Both the position numbers and the translations under genes were made by a program. DNA of 61,067 nucleotides, from NCBI RefSeq assembly GCF_001194135.2, contig NC_068999.1, positions 17,446,073-17,507,139 of the forward strand, read 5' to 3'. A model generated the notes under the pieces. It was not told the origin of the DNA. It saw nothing but the letters and a program-made list of their open reading frames with translations, and searched no databases. Positions within the stretch are counted from its first letter, which is position 1. Each line of letters opens with the position of its first letter. Positions 14,001 to 26,175 of this stretch are shown piece by piece. The stretch is from Octopus bimaculoides (taxonomy: Eukaryota).

Positions 14001-14821
14001 TGCACACAAGGAGTGTAACCACCACTTGTTCTATAATTGTTTGTTTTCATAACATTTGGAACTCACTCAACAATTTTAGTTTAATATTTTGACATGCCGG
14101 TCCTTAATGATAGAAGAGGCAATGAACTCGCTGTTTTCTGATTGGCTGAAAATCCTAACGCAAGGATATACCGCTTTTACGTGTGAATCATGTAATTGTC
14201 GATGTAATACTACCCGGATTGTGATATGGGTATGAAATACATATACTGGGGAAGGTATGTTCTAATACACATAAGGCAAAAAAGAAAAAAAAGAAGCACA
14301 TACGTCAATTCTCTTAATCAACCAAAGAGATGAATGAATTTCAGACCCGCATGCGGACAAGAAACTAAGCAAAGTTTCTCTATCCAACCACTGCTCCAAC
14401 CCTTGTCCAAATCATGACATGCTGTTAAATTCCACATGAATCTTAAGGGTCTATGTTATGTCTCAACGCTACTGCTATCTAGCACCTTCGGATGATCTCT
14501 AATCAACCGCCACACAACTGCTACTCGACACACCTACCACGGCCAGACTACCTCTATTTATATGTCTTAGGAGATCCTACATCTTCTCCTGGGGGTTCGA
14601 CACAACAGTCTAACGTCGGAATATCTGAATAACGTCAGGAAGAGCATTTTTGTGGCAATATAGTATTGCAAATTTCGAGAGTGTTAATATTGGTAAATTT
14701 CTAATTCATATTTATCTTTAGATATCTTCTTTCCCTCAACTTACCAGATCCTCGGTAGTGATCTTTACTCAACGAGGAATACTCCATTAGCAACTCATCA
14801 GACCAAAGTTTATTAATTTGT

Positions 14822-15092
14822 TTAACAAATAAATAAATGAACGCGCCCTTTTAAAGCCTAGTCAGGCTCATGGGCCCGTTTCCCGGTTTCTATGGCGTAT
14901 TTCTTCCCCAGCTGGACGGGACGCCAGTCCATCGCAACGTTACTCATTTTTGCCAGCTGATTGGACTGGAGCAACGTGAAATGGAGTGTTTAGCTCAAGA
15001 AAGAACACAACACGTCGCCTGGTCCAGGAATCGAAACCACAATCTTACGATCATGACGCTGACACCCAAACCACTAAGCCACGTGCCTCCAC
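14822..15092 (-). mobile_element. tRNA-derived SINE of a second family, near full length
   Basis: On the minus strand: A box TGGCTTAGTGG, B box GTTTCGATTCC, a central CTTGAGCTAAACACTCCATTTCACGTTGCTCCAGTCC domain and an (ATTT)n tail. Possible 7-bp TSD AATTTGT at 14815-14821 and 15093-15099. Confidence 0.9.
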
Positions 15093-15381
15093 AATTTGTC
15101 ATCACATCGCCGAATATATAATTTAAAATAAGTAGTGAAACCAGCAGAACAGTGAAAAAACACAATAGAAAACAAACATTTGTATGAAGAAATAAGGAGG
15201 TCGGTTATAGAAAAGAAGGAAGAGGTCAAATAAATGGGTGTGGGAAATTGTCAAAAGTTGTTAAGAGTTAAAAAAAGAAGAAAAGGAAGGAGGCATATAG
15301 GTAAGATTGATGCTGACTGAGGGGAAGGTCGTTGTGAATGTTAAGCTGGAGTTATTCTACTATGTCAAACTTAAATGAATA

Positions 15382-15585
15382 TATTTATCTATTTATTGCC
15401 CACGTGGATGGGGGCTAAACATAGAGGGTACAAACAAGGAACAAGGACAGATAAAGGAATTAAGTCGATTACATCTACCCCCAGTCCGTAACTGGTACTT
15501 ATTTAATCGATGAAATGCAAAGCTGACCTCAGCGGAATTTGAACTCAGAATGTAACGGCTGGCGAAATACCGCTAAGGATTTCGC
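15382..15585 (-). mobile_element. tRNA-derived SINE, tail type 1, 5'-truncated with an internal deletion
   Basis: Its reverse complement aligns to 16300-16530 (GAGTTCAAATTCCGC, TAAATAAGTACCAGTTAC, CCCTCTATGTTTAGCCCC). Confidence 0.9.
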
Positions 15586-15971
15586 GGTGAAATTGGAAGG
15601 AGAGAAGATGAGAGAGGAAAGGAAGAGGGGAAATGAAAGACAAATATGTAACCATTAGGAGAACGTAGCAGTCGGAGTGAGATTCGTGGCTTACTACTTG
15701 ACAGTAAAATTATCCATTCACATATCCGCGCACACGCATACATTAACAGCGCTTATTGTATATCATAGGTGTGCGCGCATGTGTATGAGCCGGCACATTG
15801 TCAAGTACAGAGAGGAAGATGTAGGGAGATCACAGTGTTATAACGGTAGCTAAAAAAAAATTCATGTTATTAATACAGAGAAGCGCTTCAAGTGTGGGGT
15901 GGAAATGCAGGAATATTGGAGAGGGAATAATCGTGGAGGGCACTATTATTTGGAGCTTATATAAATACATA

Positions 15972-16184
15972 TGCAAGGGCGTACTGAAAAGTCCCTGGCT
16001 TTAAGGGTATCGCGAAAGGCCTGCCTGGAGGCTCAGACTTCCGAGTTCTTTTACCGAGCATTAAAAAACTGAAAGACCGCTGCAATAATTATGAATCGGT
16101 GAGGAAAATATGCCGATTAAAAGTATAACTGATCTAGCTGTATGTTCTGGTGGCCCAAAGCCAAATATTTTCAACATCCTCTCA
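15972..16184 (+). mobile_element. Mariner-derived MITE, copy 1
   Basis: Left TIR ...CTGAAAAGTCCCTGGCTTT and degenerate right TIR AAAGCCAAATATTTTCAAC. The interior encodes SIKKLKDRC, like the mariner C-terminus GIxKLxxRW. Homologous to 24093-24310. Confidence 0.75.
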
Positions 16185-16299
16185 CGCTCGCACACGCACG
16201 CGCCGCGCGCACACACACACCTCTTGCTTTATTTGTTCATACATTTCCCGGTGTCTCACACTGTATGCTCTCATTATTTTAACGTCTCTTTAATAAGTC

Positions 16300-16530
16300 G
16301 GTGAGCTGGCCGAACCATTAGCAAACCGGGCGAAATGCTTAGCGGTATTTCGTTTGCCATTACGTTCTAAGTTCAAACTCCGCCGAGGTCGACTTTGCCT
16401 TTCATCCTTTGGGGTCGATTGAATAAGTACCAGTTACACATTGGGGTCGATGTAATCTGCTTAATCTCTTTGTCAGTCCTCGTTTGTCCCCTCTATGTTT
16501 AGCCCCCTGGGGGTAATAAAGAAATAAATA
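16300..16530 (+). mobile_element. tRNA-derived SINE, full length, tail type 1
   Basis: Head GGTGAGCTGGCCGAACCATTAGC, B-box-like AGTTCAAACTCC, core GACTTTGCCTTTCATCCTTTGGGGTCGAT...AAGTACCAG and tail TTTAGCCCC...AATAAAGAAATAAATA. It resembles the octopus tRNA-SINEs described as OK/OR1/OR2; the exact family needs a library search. Confidence 0.92.
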
Positions 16531-17123
16531 CTATGACGGTAGTGATAAATGATTGGAAAACAAGAATAATTTAGAAATACATTTTTGAATTTTTTAAACT
16601 AATAAATGTATGTTTTAAAGAATGTTTTGACTGTTATTTCTTGCAACTCCTGTTGGTTTGTTCGTATCTTTTAAATATTTAATTTGCTCCCGAATGTTTT
16701 CAAGTTTTGACACGCTGATGACCCCCACCACCTGGCCCAAAATTCTGAAAATTATCAAACTATGAACACCTGTAACATTAAATTAACATTTTTCTGAAAT
16801 TAATGAATAATAAGTACGGATTCAATGTCAAAAATTACATTTATAGGATACATAAAAAAATGTTTAAAGATAATTGTAAACAGTAACGAAAACCACAAAG
16901 GTCCACGGAAGCTAAAGAAAAAAATTCCAGTATTCATCCCTCCCCCCACACACGTATATGATTTAAAACTAGCACATACAGTATTAATGATTTTCTTTTC
17001 AAATTTCCCGAACACCTGTTTGGTCATACTTTATGCGAATATCTTAACAATCTGCTATGTGACTTCAAATGAAAAAAATCATAGTTCTGCATTACACCAT
17101 ATGTTATTTAATATTTAATATAC

Positions 17124-17285
17124 GGCTGTCTTTACGTTTTGAGTTCAAATTCCGCCGAGGTCGACTTTGCCTTTCATCCTTTTGGGGTCGATAAATTAAG
17201 TACCAGTTGCGTACTGGAATCGATCTGGCCGACTGTCCCCTCAAAAAAGTTTCGGGCCTTGTGCTTAGAGTAGAAAAGAATATTT
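17124..17285 (+). mobile_element. tRNA-derived SINE, 5'-truncated, tail type 2
   Basis: Same core as 16300-16530, with the tail TTTCGGGCCTTGTGCTTAGAGTAGAAAAGAATATT. Confidence 0.9.
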
Positions 17286-17306
17286 AAGGTATGGGCATAT
17301 ATCTGC

Positions 17307-17309
<3 letters not shown>

Positions 17310-17368
<59 letters not shown>
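17310..17368. repeat. (GT)n microsatellite
   Basis: Direct reading of the sequence. Confidence 0.95.
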
Positions 17369-17370
<2 letters not shown>

Positions 17371-18288
17371 ATGCCTGTATGTATGAAAGCATGTCTGGTT
17401 TTATGCTAGTGTGAATAGATTAGAAGTTGCATATTTGCTTCTTGCGTCTCAGACAACTTAGGAACGATACCTTCCCTCGAAAGTGAAGTCGATAAACAAT
17501 TAACAGTTAGCTATACTTGCGACCACACGTTTCATATGAATGATAAAGATAATGGAATAATCTTGAAGGCATACGCTCAAACACGAAATATACATAAATG
17601 CATACATTCGTGCATACGTACATACATACGTACATTCATTTAGAAGTACATGTACACTCTCAAATGCATACCCTGCTTAAGCATATGTTATATATACACA
17701 TACATCCTCAGTGTGAAATAAAAACCATTGCTAAAGTAAAAAAAAAAACAGAGGCTGAAGTGCCAAATGTGAAATCTGTATAAAAAAAGAATAAACATTA
17801 CACAATCAACAGATAACATCCTAAACATTACAGAAGAAATCTTCTCCCCCTGCACACGTAAGCAATATTTTACACAGATATTTCAAAGAAAAAAGCCCTA
17901 TACGCGAGGTAACCCTACCAGGATAGTCCATTTCCTAAACGTGAACACACATAGCACACACATTTCACACAAAGAACGAATATGCCCCAATGACGAAATA
18001 ACTCAGAACACAAGTATAAGAACATCATTCCCCGAACAAAAACAAAATAATGCAAACAAATCGATCACAAAAAGTTTACCCAAAGGACAAATTGAAGGGA
18101 GACAAACATCCGAAAGATATCACTGTAGGGTAACGCCACTTGATTAATGTGATTGGCTTGAAATATTGTAAAGATACTAGGATATTTTCCTACTTTTTTA
18201 ACATGTAAACAATGCTAGCCTTAATTTACAAATAGAGAAATTATATCCACCAACACACGCACAAACATACACAGACACACACACACAA

Positions 18289-18349
<61 letters not shown>

Positions 18350-18449
18350 CATATATATACGTACATATCCATGCATACATTTATTTGTATGTATATATAT
18401 ATAAATATATATACATATGTGTGTGTTTTTTTCTGTGCATCTATAGGTA

Positions 18450-18495
<46 letters not shown>

Positions 18496-19462
18496 TGCAC
18501 TGATGTTAATACGTATATCCATATATACATCTAATAGATTCATTTAAACGCGTACATACATAGATTCATACTCACATACATACACATGTTTATTTATTCA
18601 TCAAATCTTGTCTTTGTGTGTTTTTAAAAGTCTTTGCTTATAGGTTTTCTTCTGGGAGCTGGTATAAATTAATTTTTGTTTGGCTGCCTACCAATTTCGT
18701 GCATCACTATGACAAGAATATATCCTGTACTTGTCTAATTTAATCTATATTCCAACATGTAGTCTTGCAAGTGGTTCTTGCTTCGTCTTTTTCAATTTTA
18801 TATCCCCTTTAGGCCAAACGTATAAATTCCTATTTGTTCCCTATGGATTACTCTTAAACTTTGATGTTATATACACCAAAGATATATTATTCACAACAAT
18901 CGTCAACTGATCAACATGTTTTGAGGAACTGTATAGGTATATTTAAAATATTTTCTGTGAACCTTGGTAATTTTGTTGTTGTAATCCTAATTAAGCGATT
19001 GAATGTTGTAAATAAACTTTTTATTTATTTCGAAAATTAGTATTATAGTAATTGAATTCCTGTGTATATTTATTCCTATTCTGCTACAAAATTCCCCTTC
19101 ATATCTCTTCTGTTGAAATTGTTTATCAGTATTCATGAATTTGAAGATATATGGTTCTCAGCATGATATCTAATGTTAACATCTTCAGTCGTTTCTGAGA
19201 CTTGTATTAGAAACAGAGAAAGAGACCGGGCGTAGTCATGGGAGTTGTGAAGAAAAAATAGAAAGGAATGTGCCAGCGAACAGAAAAGTGCTGAGAAAAT
19301 ATAGCTCTGAATAAATTTGTATGACAGAGTGTAAGAAAGTGCAGTAGTAGTACGTGAGAAACAAATGAATCACGTCTACAAAATACATTCAGAGCGAGAG
19401 TAAGTGAGGGAAAGAGATACTTAAATAGCGATAGATGGATTGACAAATAGAAAAACACATAT

Positions 19463-19515
<53 letters not shown>

Positions 19516-19540
19516 AAGAGAGAGAGAGAGAGAAACAGAG
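19463..19540. repeat. (GA)n microsatellite
   Basis: Direct reading of the sequence. Confidence 0.95.
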
Positions 19541-20904
19541 AGGCTGACACACAAAGACAGAGAGAATGACTGGCATAGAGTTGAATGAATGAGAAATCAA
19601 TAATACTACGATTAAAAGTTCCAATACTATCGCTGCAAAATTACTCGTCGTATCACTCTTTGGAGAATATGACGTAAGGTCCGCAATACTCATTTGGGAT
19701 TTTGCAGCATGCCATGAGTTGGACAGTAGTTGAACTGGTCGAATGTATCAAAGCTGTTCCAGGAATGTAGATGCACTCATTGTCCATAAACTACACTGGA
19801 AATTATTGATCTCTTAAGTCGATTTCACGAGTAGCCATGAGGAACTCATATATTATCTATATTAGAGCAGGCATGTTTCCAATTACTTGTGAGGAGGATA
19901 CGACATTACCTAAGATATTTGATAATTAGAACACAGCGATAATTTTATTTTCATATTTCCAATGAAATTATCAGACGTTCGATAGCTTTTTAACGACAAT
20001 ATTTGGCAAAGTATTTTATGGATCTTATGACAGAAGAATGTGGTTAATATTAACAATGTAAAGGGATTGTTCGTAAGACAACCGTCTATGGGATTTTACT
20101 TTTGAGCATTTATCATAATAAAATTGTTTCTGAAAGTGCACTGCATTTATGCAGTGAAAGACATTCGAATCAATTTCAAATTATCCTTGAAGAGTAATGA
20201 TCCATGTAGAGGACAGATTTGAGAACACTTCCTATCTAATGCATTCCTACTTGAATATACATATTCTACTGAACATATCTAGAAGTATACATTATGCTAA
20301 GATGTGTAATTACACAGATACACATACACACACACACACACACACGCACACACACACACACACACATACACACACACACACCAAAACAGTGGACTGAAAG
20401 AAATTTGGTATTATTTAGTTTACATTACGCTGGTTTCTTTTGCAGGCAGGAGCTACAAAATGCTATGTGCTGGAATAACATGCAAGGCATTTCCTACATA
20501 TACAATTCTGCAACTCGTATTTGTAAATGAAACACGTGTAGTGGTGTATGAATAATACTAAGTCTTTTCCAATCACCCGTCTTGACATTGGAATTACACA
20601 AACAATTTTGTAACTTGCAAAAGCATATGAAACACGTAATCGTGTATGAATAATACCATTTTGTTTAATTTCCTGTTTGAATATTATAATTCCACTACAA
20701 GTCAAATTTTCCAGTATTTTGAACTCTTATGCATATCTTATACAATTATAACATCTTCATACGGATTTGGAGTACTGCTCTAAGCTGATGTCCTTGAAGA
20801 AGAAACAGCTTACAGTATCTACACACACAAATTCACATAAACACATATACAACAAACGCAAACACATACGTACACAGACCCACACTCACTCACATTCTGA
20901 CACG

Positions 20905-20944
<40 letters not shown>

Positions 20945-21639
20945 CACACACATATTCTACTGAACATATATTGAAGAATACATTATGCTAAGATGTGTAA
21001 TAGTAAAATATACTATTTATGTGTGTACATACATTGAAATATATGAATACATATAACATATTGTGATTTATTTAATAATAATAATGGTATGTGTGCATGT
21101 ATGTGTATGTGAGAGATAGGGAGAAAATATGTGTATGTGTGTGTGTGTGTGTGTGTGAGTATGTGTATACGTGTGTAGAATATGAACAATAGTATTTACC
21201 ACCAGTTTTCCAATTAACGATAGAATATATGTTATACTATGAAGATATATTTTCATTTTGTATTAAAAACTATTCTCAAAATTCTTCAGCATTAAACATG
21301 ATCTTTACTACATTTGCATAACATTTCGCTTGTTTATTAAGACGTTTGGCATTAAAACTATTCCTATCCATTATTATGCATAACCTTTATCATATAGCAC
21401 TGACCTTATGTCATACATAAATATGTACACATTATTAAGCTATTTTCTTTGAAATTGTAACGTCAGATTCTTTAAATGCATCGTTTGTATATTACTAAAG
21501 TAAATACGATTTTGACAAAAAATATGTCCTTTTGTAGAGAGATTTCTAAATAATATTCTCAATGCAAAAAGATTAGTTTGAATTGCGGTTTACTTTGAAT
21601 AGTAACATGATGTACAATTAATAAGATTTCGATTTATAT

Positions 21640-21725
<86 letters not shown>

Positions 21726-23319
21726 TCGAAGGTACAAATAAATTATAACAGAATATAAAGCACCAAAAATGCGGCATCAAATGAGAATAAATGTGCTATA
21801 AATCATAGCCATAGATAAAAAGATGTTTGAAGATACACAGATGGAGGATAAAAGGGGCAGCTAAAGAGGTAGAGTGTGAAATGGAGACAAAGAGGCAATA
21901 CACTACAAACTGGATTTAACTCACTGCGAGACACACGTGGATGACAAGGTCAAAACGACAGAACATGAAGGAATTTTCAAATTGAATTTTAAAATCCAAA
22001 TGGAAGTTCAAGCTATCGCAAACAAAAGACAGGGATAGAGAGAGAGAGAGACGTAAAAAACAGGTGGAGGAAGGTGGGAGTGGCCGCTCCTTAATCTCTA
22101 TGTCCCTTCTGTTTAAGACATAGCACAGAATTTGGGAATCTCTCATTTGAGAATCTATCATACTGAAATACAAACACTTCAAATGTTTGGTAATAATTGA
22201 CAACATTGCTAATAATACAGCCACTTAATATGATGCAGAAACATGAGTGAAACTATTAAACAATGTTCATATTATTACGCATAAACCTAAAATTATCTTT
22301 GATAGGAACAACTATACATTTGGTACTAAACTATCCTTCAATATTACATCTCGTCTCGAGTCTCATATTATAGAATTAAAATTACAGAATTGAACATCTC
22401 ACATAATATAAGCACTGCATAATGACCAACCAGTTACTGCTTCATAACTCATATATCCTTTATTCTTTGCTGAACACAGCAAAAATTATTAGTTTGCTGA
22501 CTGACAAATAAGTCATCATCTCAAAAGTATTTGATATATTTTTTGAACTCTCATAAAACTATCTACGTCCAATGATCTAACTTTTTATAAAACAGACACA
22601 CAACACAATCAAATCTGCAATTATACACTATATAGTAAGTAACACATACCACATAGTTATTAGTAAAACAAACATCAACAATAACACCAGAAACAAATAT
22701 GATCCACAACAGTAAAATAAGATGCAAAACACGAACTTCCAATTGAACTCACAGTACACAATAGTGAAACATTATGGTGTACTTCTTAGACAGTAGAAAC
22801 TCACATAAAACTGCTTAAACTAGATGATATGAAGAAATTACAAAAATATTAAGTAAATTCTAGATATTCAATGCAATCTTATTTATTAACACATTGCTAT
22901 ACTGTATTTGTACACAAATCTGCTCTATTTAGTTTTAGAGTTCATATTCTATTCAATGGAAAAAGTTCCGCATACACCATCTTGTGTTGTGCAGGTTAAT
23001 AAACAAGTAATCTCAGATAATTCATGATGTTTTGTTCGTGCAATCTTTCTCATGTAAGAGGATTATGTAACTGTTCTGTAAATCATAAAACCAACTTCAA
23101 TCACAAAATACGTACGGAATTCCGCACAGATTATTTCATTTAAATACGTAATTTAAGCAAAATATTTTAGAATTAAGATTATTATAGCTGTGAATATTAT
23201 CTTCAGTAAGCAAATAAGTTGCGTATTCTTAAAGTATGCTTATATAACGAGTGAAATACCGAGAATCATCAACGTAAGAAATAATAGTCAAATATCTGTA
23301 ATATCACACTGTGCCGTTC

Positions 23320-23550
23320 TTAACCCCTTAAGTACCACTGTCCTATAAATAGGACACTAAATGAGAACATTAAATAAGCTATATCACATTGTTTCAGTGT
23401 CCTATTTATAGAACACCGAGTATTTCCATTTCTACATGATGTAAAGGAGTTTTAATAATTTTCTTTTTCATTTTAACCTATTTTCAATCATCTGTAAAAA
23501 TTTTAATGTAATATTCAGAAATTTAAGTACTCTGTGACTTAATGGGTTGA
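23320..23550. mobile_element. piggyBac-like MITE
   Basis: Starts TTAA-CCCCTTAAGT and ends ACTTAATGGG-TTGA (degenerate TTAA site, CCC...GGG termini). Internal inverted palindromic motifs GTCCTATAAATAGGACAC and GTGTCCTATTTATAGAAC. Confidence 0.55.
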
Positions 23551-23731
23551 GTACACACTCGTACGTACACAAATGCAGCGGATAAGAAATAAGAATTATT
23601 CAAAAGTGTGAATGATCACGTTCTCAACCAGAGATAAATATAAGAAAACACGAAATAAAAATATGGGAAATACACTTGAAAATTGGAATAATTTTACAGA
23701 AATGAAAAAATACAAAGGAAAACAGTGCATA

Positions 23732-23897
23732 AGGCACAGGCGTAGCTGTGTGCTAAAAACCTTGCATCCCATTCACATGAGTCCGGGTTTAGTTCAACTA
23801 CGTGGCACCTTGGGCATGTGTCTTGTAGTATGGCCCCCTGCTGCCCAAGGTGTTGTGAAGAGATTTGGTGGACAGAAACCAGAAGAAGACCCTCGAA

Positions 23898-23952
<55 letters not shown>

Positions 23953-23985
23953 GCGTGTTTGTGTCTTTTTGTCTGTGTTTGTGTC
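23732..23985 (+). mobile_element. tRNA-derived SINE with CORE-like domain and internal (TA)n, 3'-truncated
   Basis: Head GGCGTAGCTGTGTGCTAA...GTGGCACCTTGGGCATGTGTCTT (CCTTGGGCAAGT-like CORE motif), then GATTTGGTGGACAGAAACC and a (TA)n tract. Homologous to the reverse complement of 52810-52955. Confidence 0.82.
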
Positions 23986-24092
23986 ACACGAAAGTTTGAC
24001 AAACAGACGAATAATTGGAAAAAAGAAACTATATTCCAAGGTTTATAAATAGAAAACAAAACGAATGGCACGATGACACGAGAAGAAAAATG

Positions 24093-24310
24093 TACGAAGG
24101 GAAGCTAAAAAGTTCCTGGCTTTAAAAGTTGGTATCGAAAAAGGCTTGATTGCAGATCCAATTTTTCGGGTTCTTTTACTTAGAATAACTGAAGAATCGC
24201 TCCATTATGTGTGTGAATCTTGATGTAGAGTATGTTGAATAAAATCATAATTAACTGACCTCCTTCAATTACTTTTACCGAAAGCCAGGAACTTTTCAGC
24301 AACCAATGTG
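24093..24310 (+). mobile_element. Mariner-derived MITE, copy 2
   Basis: TIRs AAAAGTTCCTGGCTTT (left) and AAAGCCAGGAACTTTT (24281-24296). The interior encodes CVNLDVEYVE*, matching the mariner C-terminus CVxxxGxYVE*. Confidence 0.82.
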
Positions 24311-24564
24311 ACAAGGTAATATCATGATCGGAGAGATTTAAAATATAGTGAATGTTTGAGTTCAATAAATAAATTTGCTATTCGATGCTCTCGTTATTCA
24401 GCGTGCTTTGCTCAGACGCTATCTCATATTGATGGCAGGTAGAGAACCAGAGATTTAAGAGCAACAAAAACAAACAATTAATTACATCGGAATGAGTCTC
24501 TGAGCAGTGACCCATGCTTTAATTGTGCAGAAAAACGCTTCTTCTCTGATCTAAATATCTTTGA

Positions 24565-24720
24565 ATAGACGTGGCCTCGCAGTTACGACGCTCACATCGT
24601 AATCACGTTATTCTGGGTTTGATACAACTAAGTAACGCCTGAAATACTATATTCTACGAAGGAATTACATTAATGGATTTCATGTAAGAGGAATTCGTTA
24701 AACAGAAAGCCTACGGAAAT
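24565..24720 (+). mobile_element. Highly degraded tRNA-SINE-like remnant
   Basis: GACGTGGCCTCGCAGTTA...CTGGGTTTGATAC resembles an A/B-box head, but the similarity is weak. Confidence 0.3.
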
Positions 24721-25000
24721 CCATCCGATCGTTATTAGACAACAAACATAACTCATCAAGTATTTTAAAGCAACCGCCATTTTATTGGTGCCTTCTTTGC
24801 TGTAAAAGGTAATGTTGTTCTGGCAAATTTCATATCTCTATATAGCTTCATTCTGTAGCCACTTATAAATCATAGTTTACATCCTTCTTCCACTACGAAT
24901 CATGGATGAATTACTTAAACAGAAACACAGGCTATCATGCGTTGTAGAAACGTTGACATTTTAGTCATAACTTAGGCCTAATACGACGCATTCGTGAGGG

Positions 25001-25216
25001 AATATTCTTTTCTACTCTGGGCACGAGGCCCGAAATTTTGGGGAGGAGCCAGTCAATTAGATCTACCCCAGTACGCAACTGGTACTTATTTCATAGACCA
25101 CGAAATGATGAGAGGAAAAGTCGACTTCCGCGGAATTTGAACTCAGAACGCAAAGTCAAACGAAATACCACGAAACATTTCGCCCGGCGTGCTAACGTTT
25201 ACGCCAGCACGCCGCC
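25001..25216 (-). mobile_element. tRNA-derived SINE, full length, tail type 2
   Basis: The reverse complement shows the head GGCGGCGTGCTGGCGTAAACGTTAGCACGCCGGGCGAAATG, GAGTTCAAATTCCGC and the tail GGGCCTCGTGCCCAGAGTAGAAAAGAATATT. Confidence 0.9.
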
Positions 25217-25624
25217 TTTTTCTTGGGGGAATATTGCATCGGATGTTCATCTCTACTAGCTTCGTAATAATTTTATGGGAACGGGAAGAAAGAATAACTA
25301 AATTGATCTGTGATAGTCTTCCCATCATATAATCAAATGTTCAAGGGATCTTATTCTCGACTGAGTTTATTCTGCTTAACATCTCCTGGGGATTGATCAG
25401 TAAAGTGATTTTTAACATATGCATAATATCATCCATATTTCATGTGTGTGTGGTGTTATTCGATGAAGTCGATCACATTATATTCTACTTTTATTTATTG
25501 ATTACGAAAGGTTGAAAGGCAACGATTAACGCAGTGGAATTTGAAGACAGTATAAAGAAGCGTGAACAAATTGTCGTCGTCGTTGTCATTAACTCGCATA
25601 CGAATAGTTGATGTGTAACGAGTG

Positions 25625-26175
25625 ATTAAGCGTCTTCATCCAGAGGGGTGCGGACGGTGCCAGTGCCTGAAGTGGCTCTTCAGGCCAAGGGCGCTATAGA
25701 AAAGCTGGGGGAATTAATCACAAGGAAGAGTTGGCGGAGGACGAGGTAGAGAGAGTCGCTATGTGTCTCTTCGACGCCTGATCTCAGACAGTTGAGGTAC
25801 GTTGTTTTCCCACTGATTCGTTCCCTTTACGATGACATATCTCCACGTTGGGCGGTCCTTGGCAATTGTCTCTCAGATATTTGGATCAACGGAGCAGCGG
25901 AGGAGACTGGCTTGAGATGGTCTCTGAAACGAATTTTTGTGGTCTCGCGCGGTCTGTTGACTGAGAACCTGACGGAAGAGGTGCCTTTGAAGCATAGGTA
26001 TGAAGTGTCATTACCAGTGGAGGCGGTGCCGTGCCATGGTAGCTTCAATGCTCAGCAGTCTAGCACAGAACAGAACCACTTCGTTGGTAACGTGGTCCTT
26101 CCATCGAATGTTCATGCCTGCGCGAAATTTGCGCAGGATATATCGCCGTCCAATGCTCTAGCTCTTCTGCCAATA
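25625..26175 (-). mobile_element. RTE-clade (BovB-like) LINE, 3' end of the ORF, decayed
   Basis: Minus-strand translation: MNIRWKDHVTNEVVLFCARLLSIEATMARHRLHW**H, TKIRFRDHLK, ETIAKDRPTWR, and the terminal C2H2-like remnant LPCD*FPQLFYSALGLKSHFRH. These are characteristic of the RTE C-terminus. Locally GC-rich. Confidence 0.88.

Noticed and set aside
19590-19730. LIWDFAACHELDSS resembling an APE GDFN motif or a ROC WDFAG motif
   Set aside because: It is a single weak motif with no supporting context.
25665-25685. 8-bp hairpin GCCTGAAG-TGGCT-CTTCAGGC as a LINE 3' recognition stem-loop
   Set aside because: It lies inside the RTE coding remnant (GLKSHFR), so it is probably incidental.
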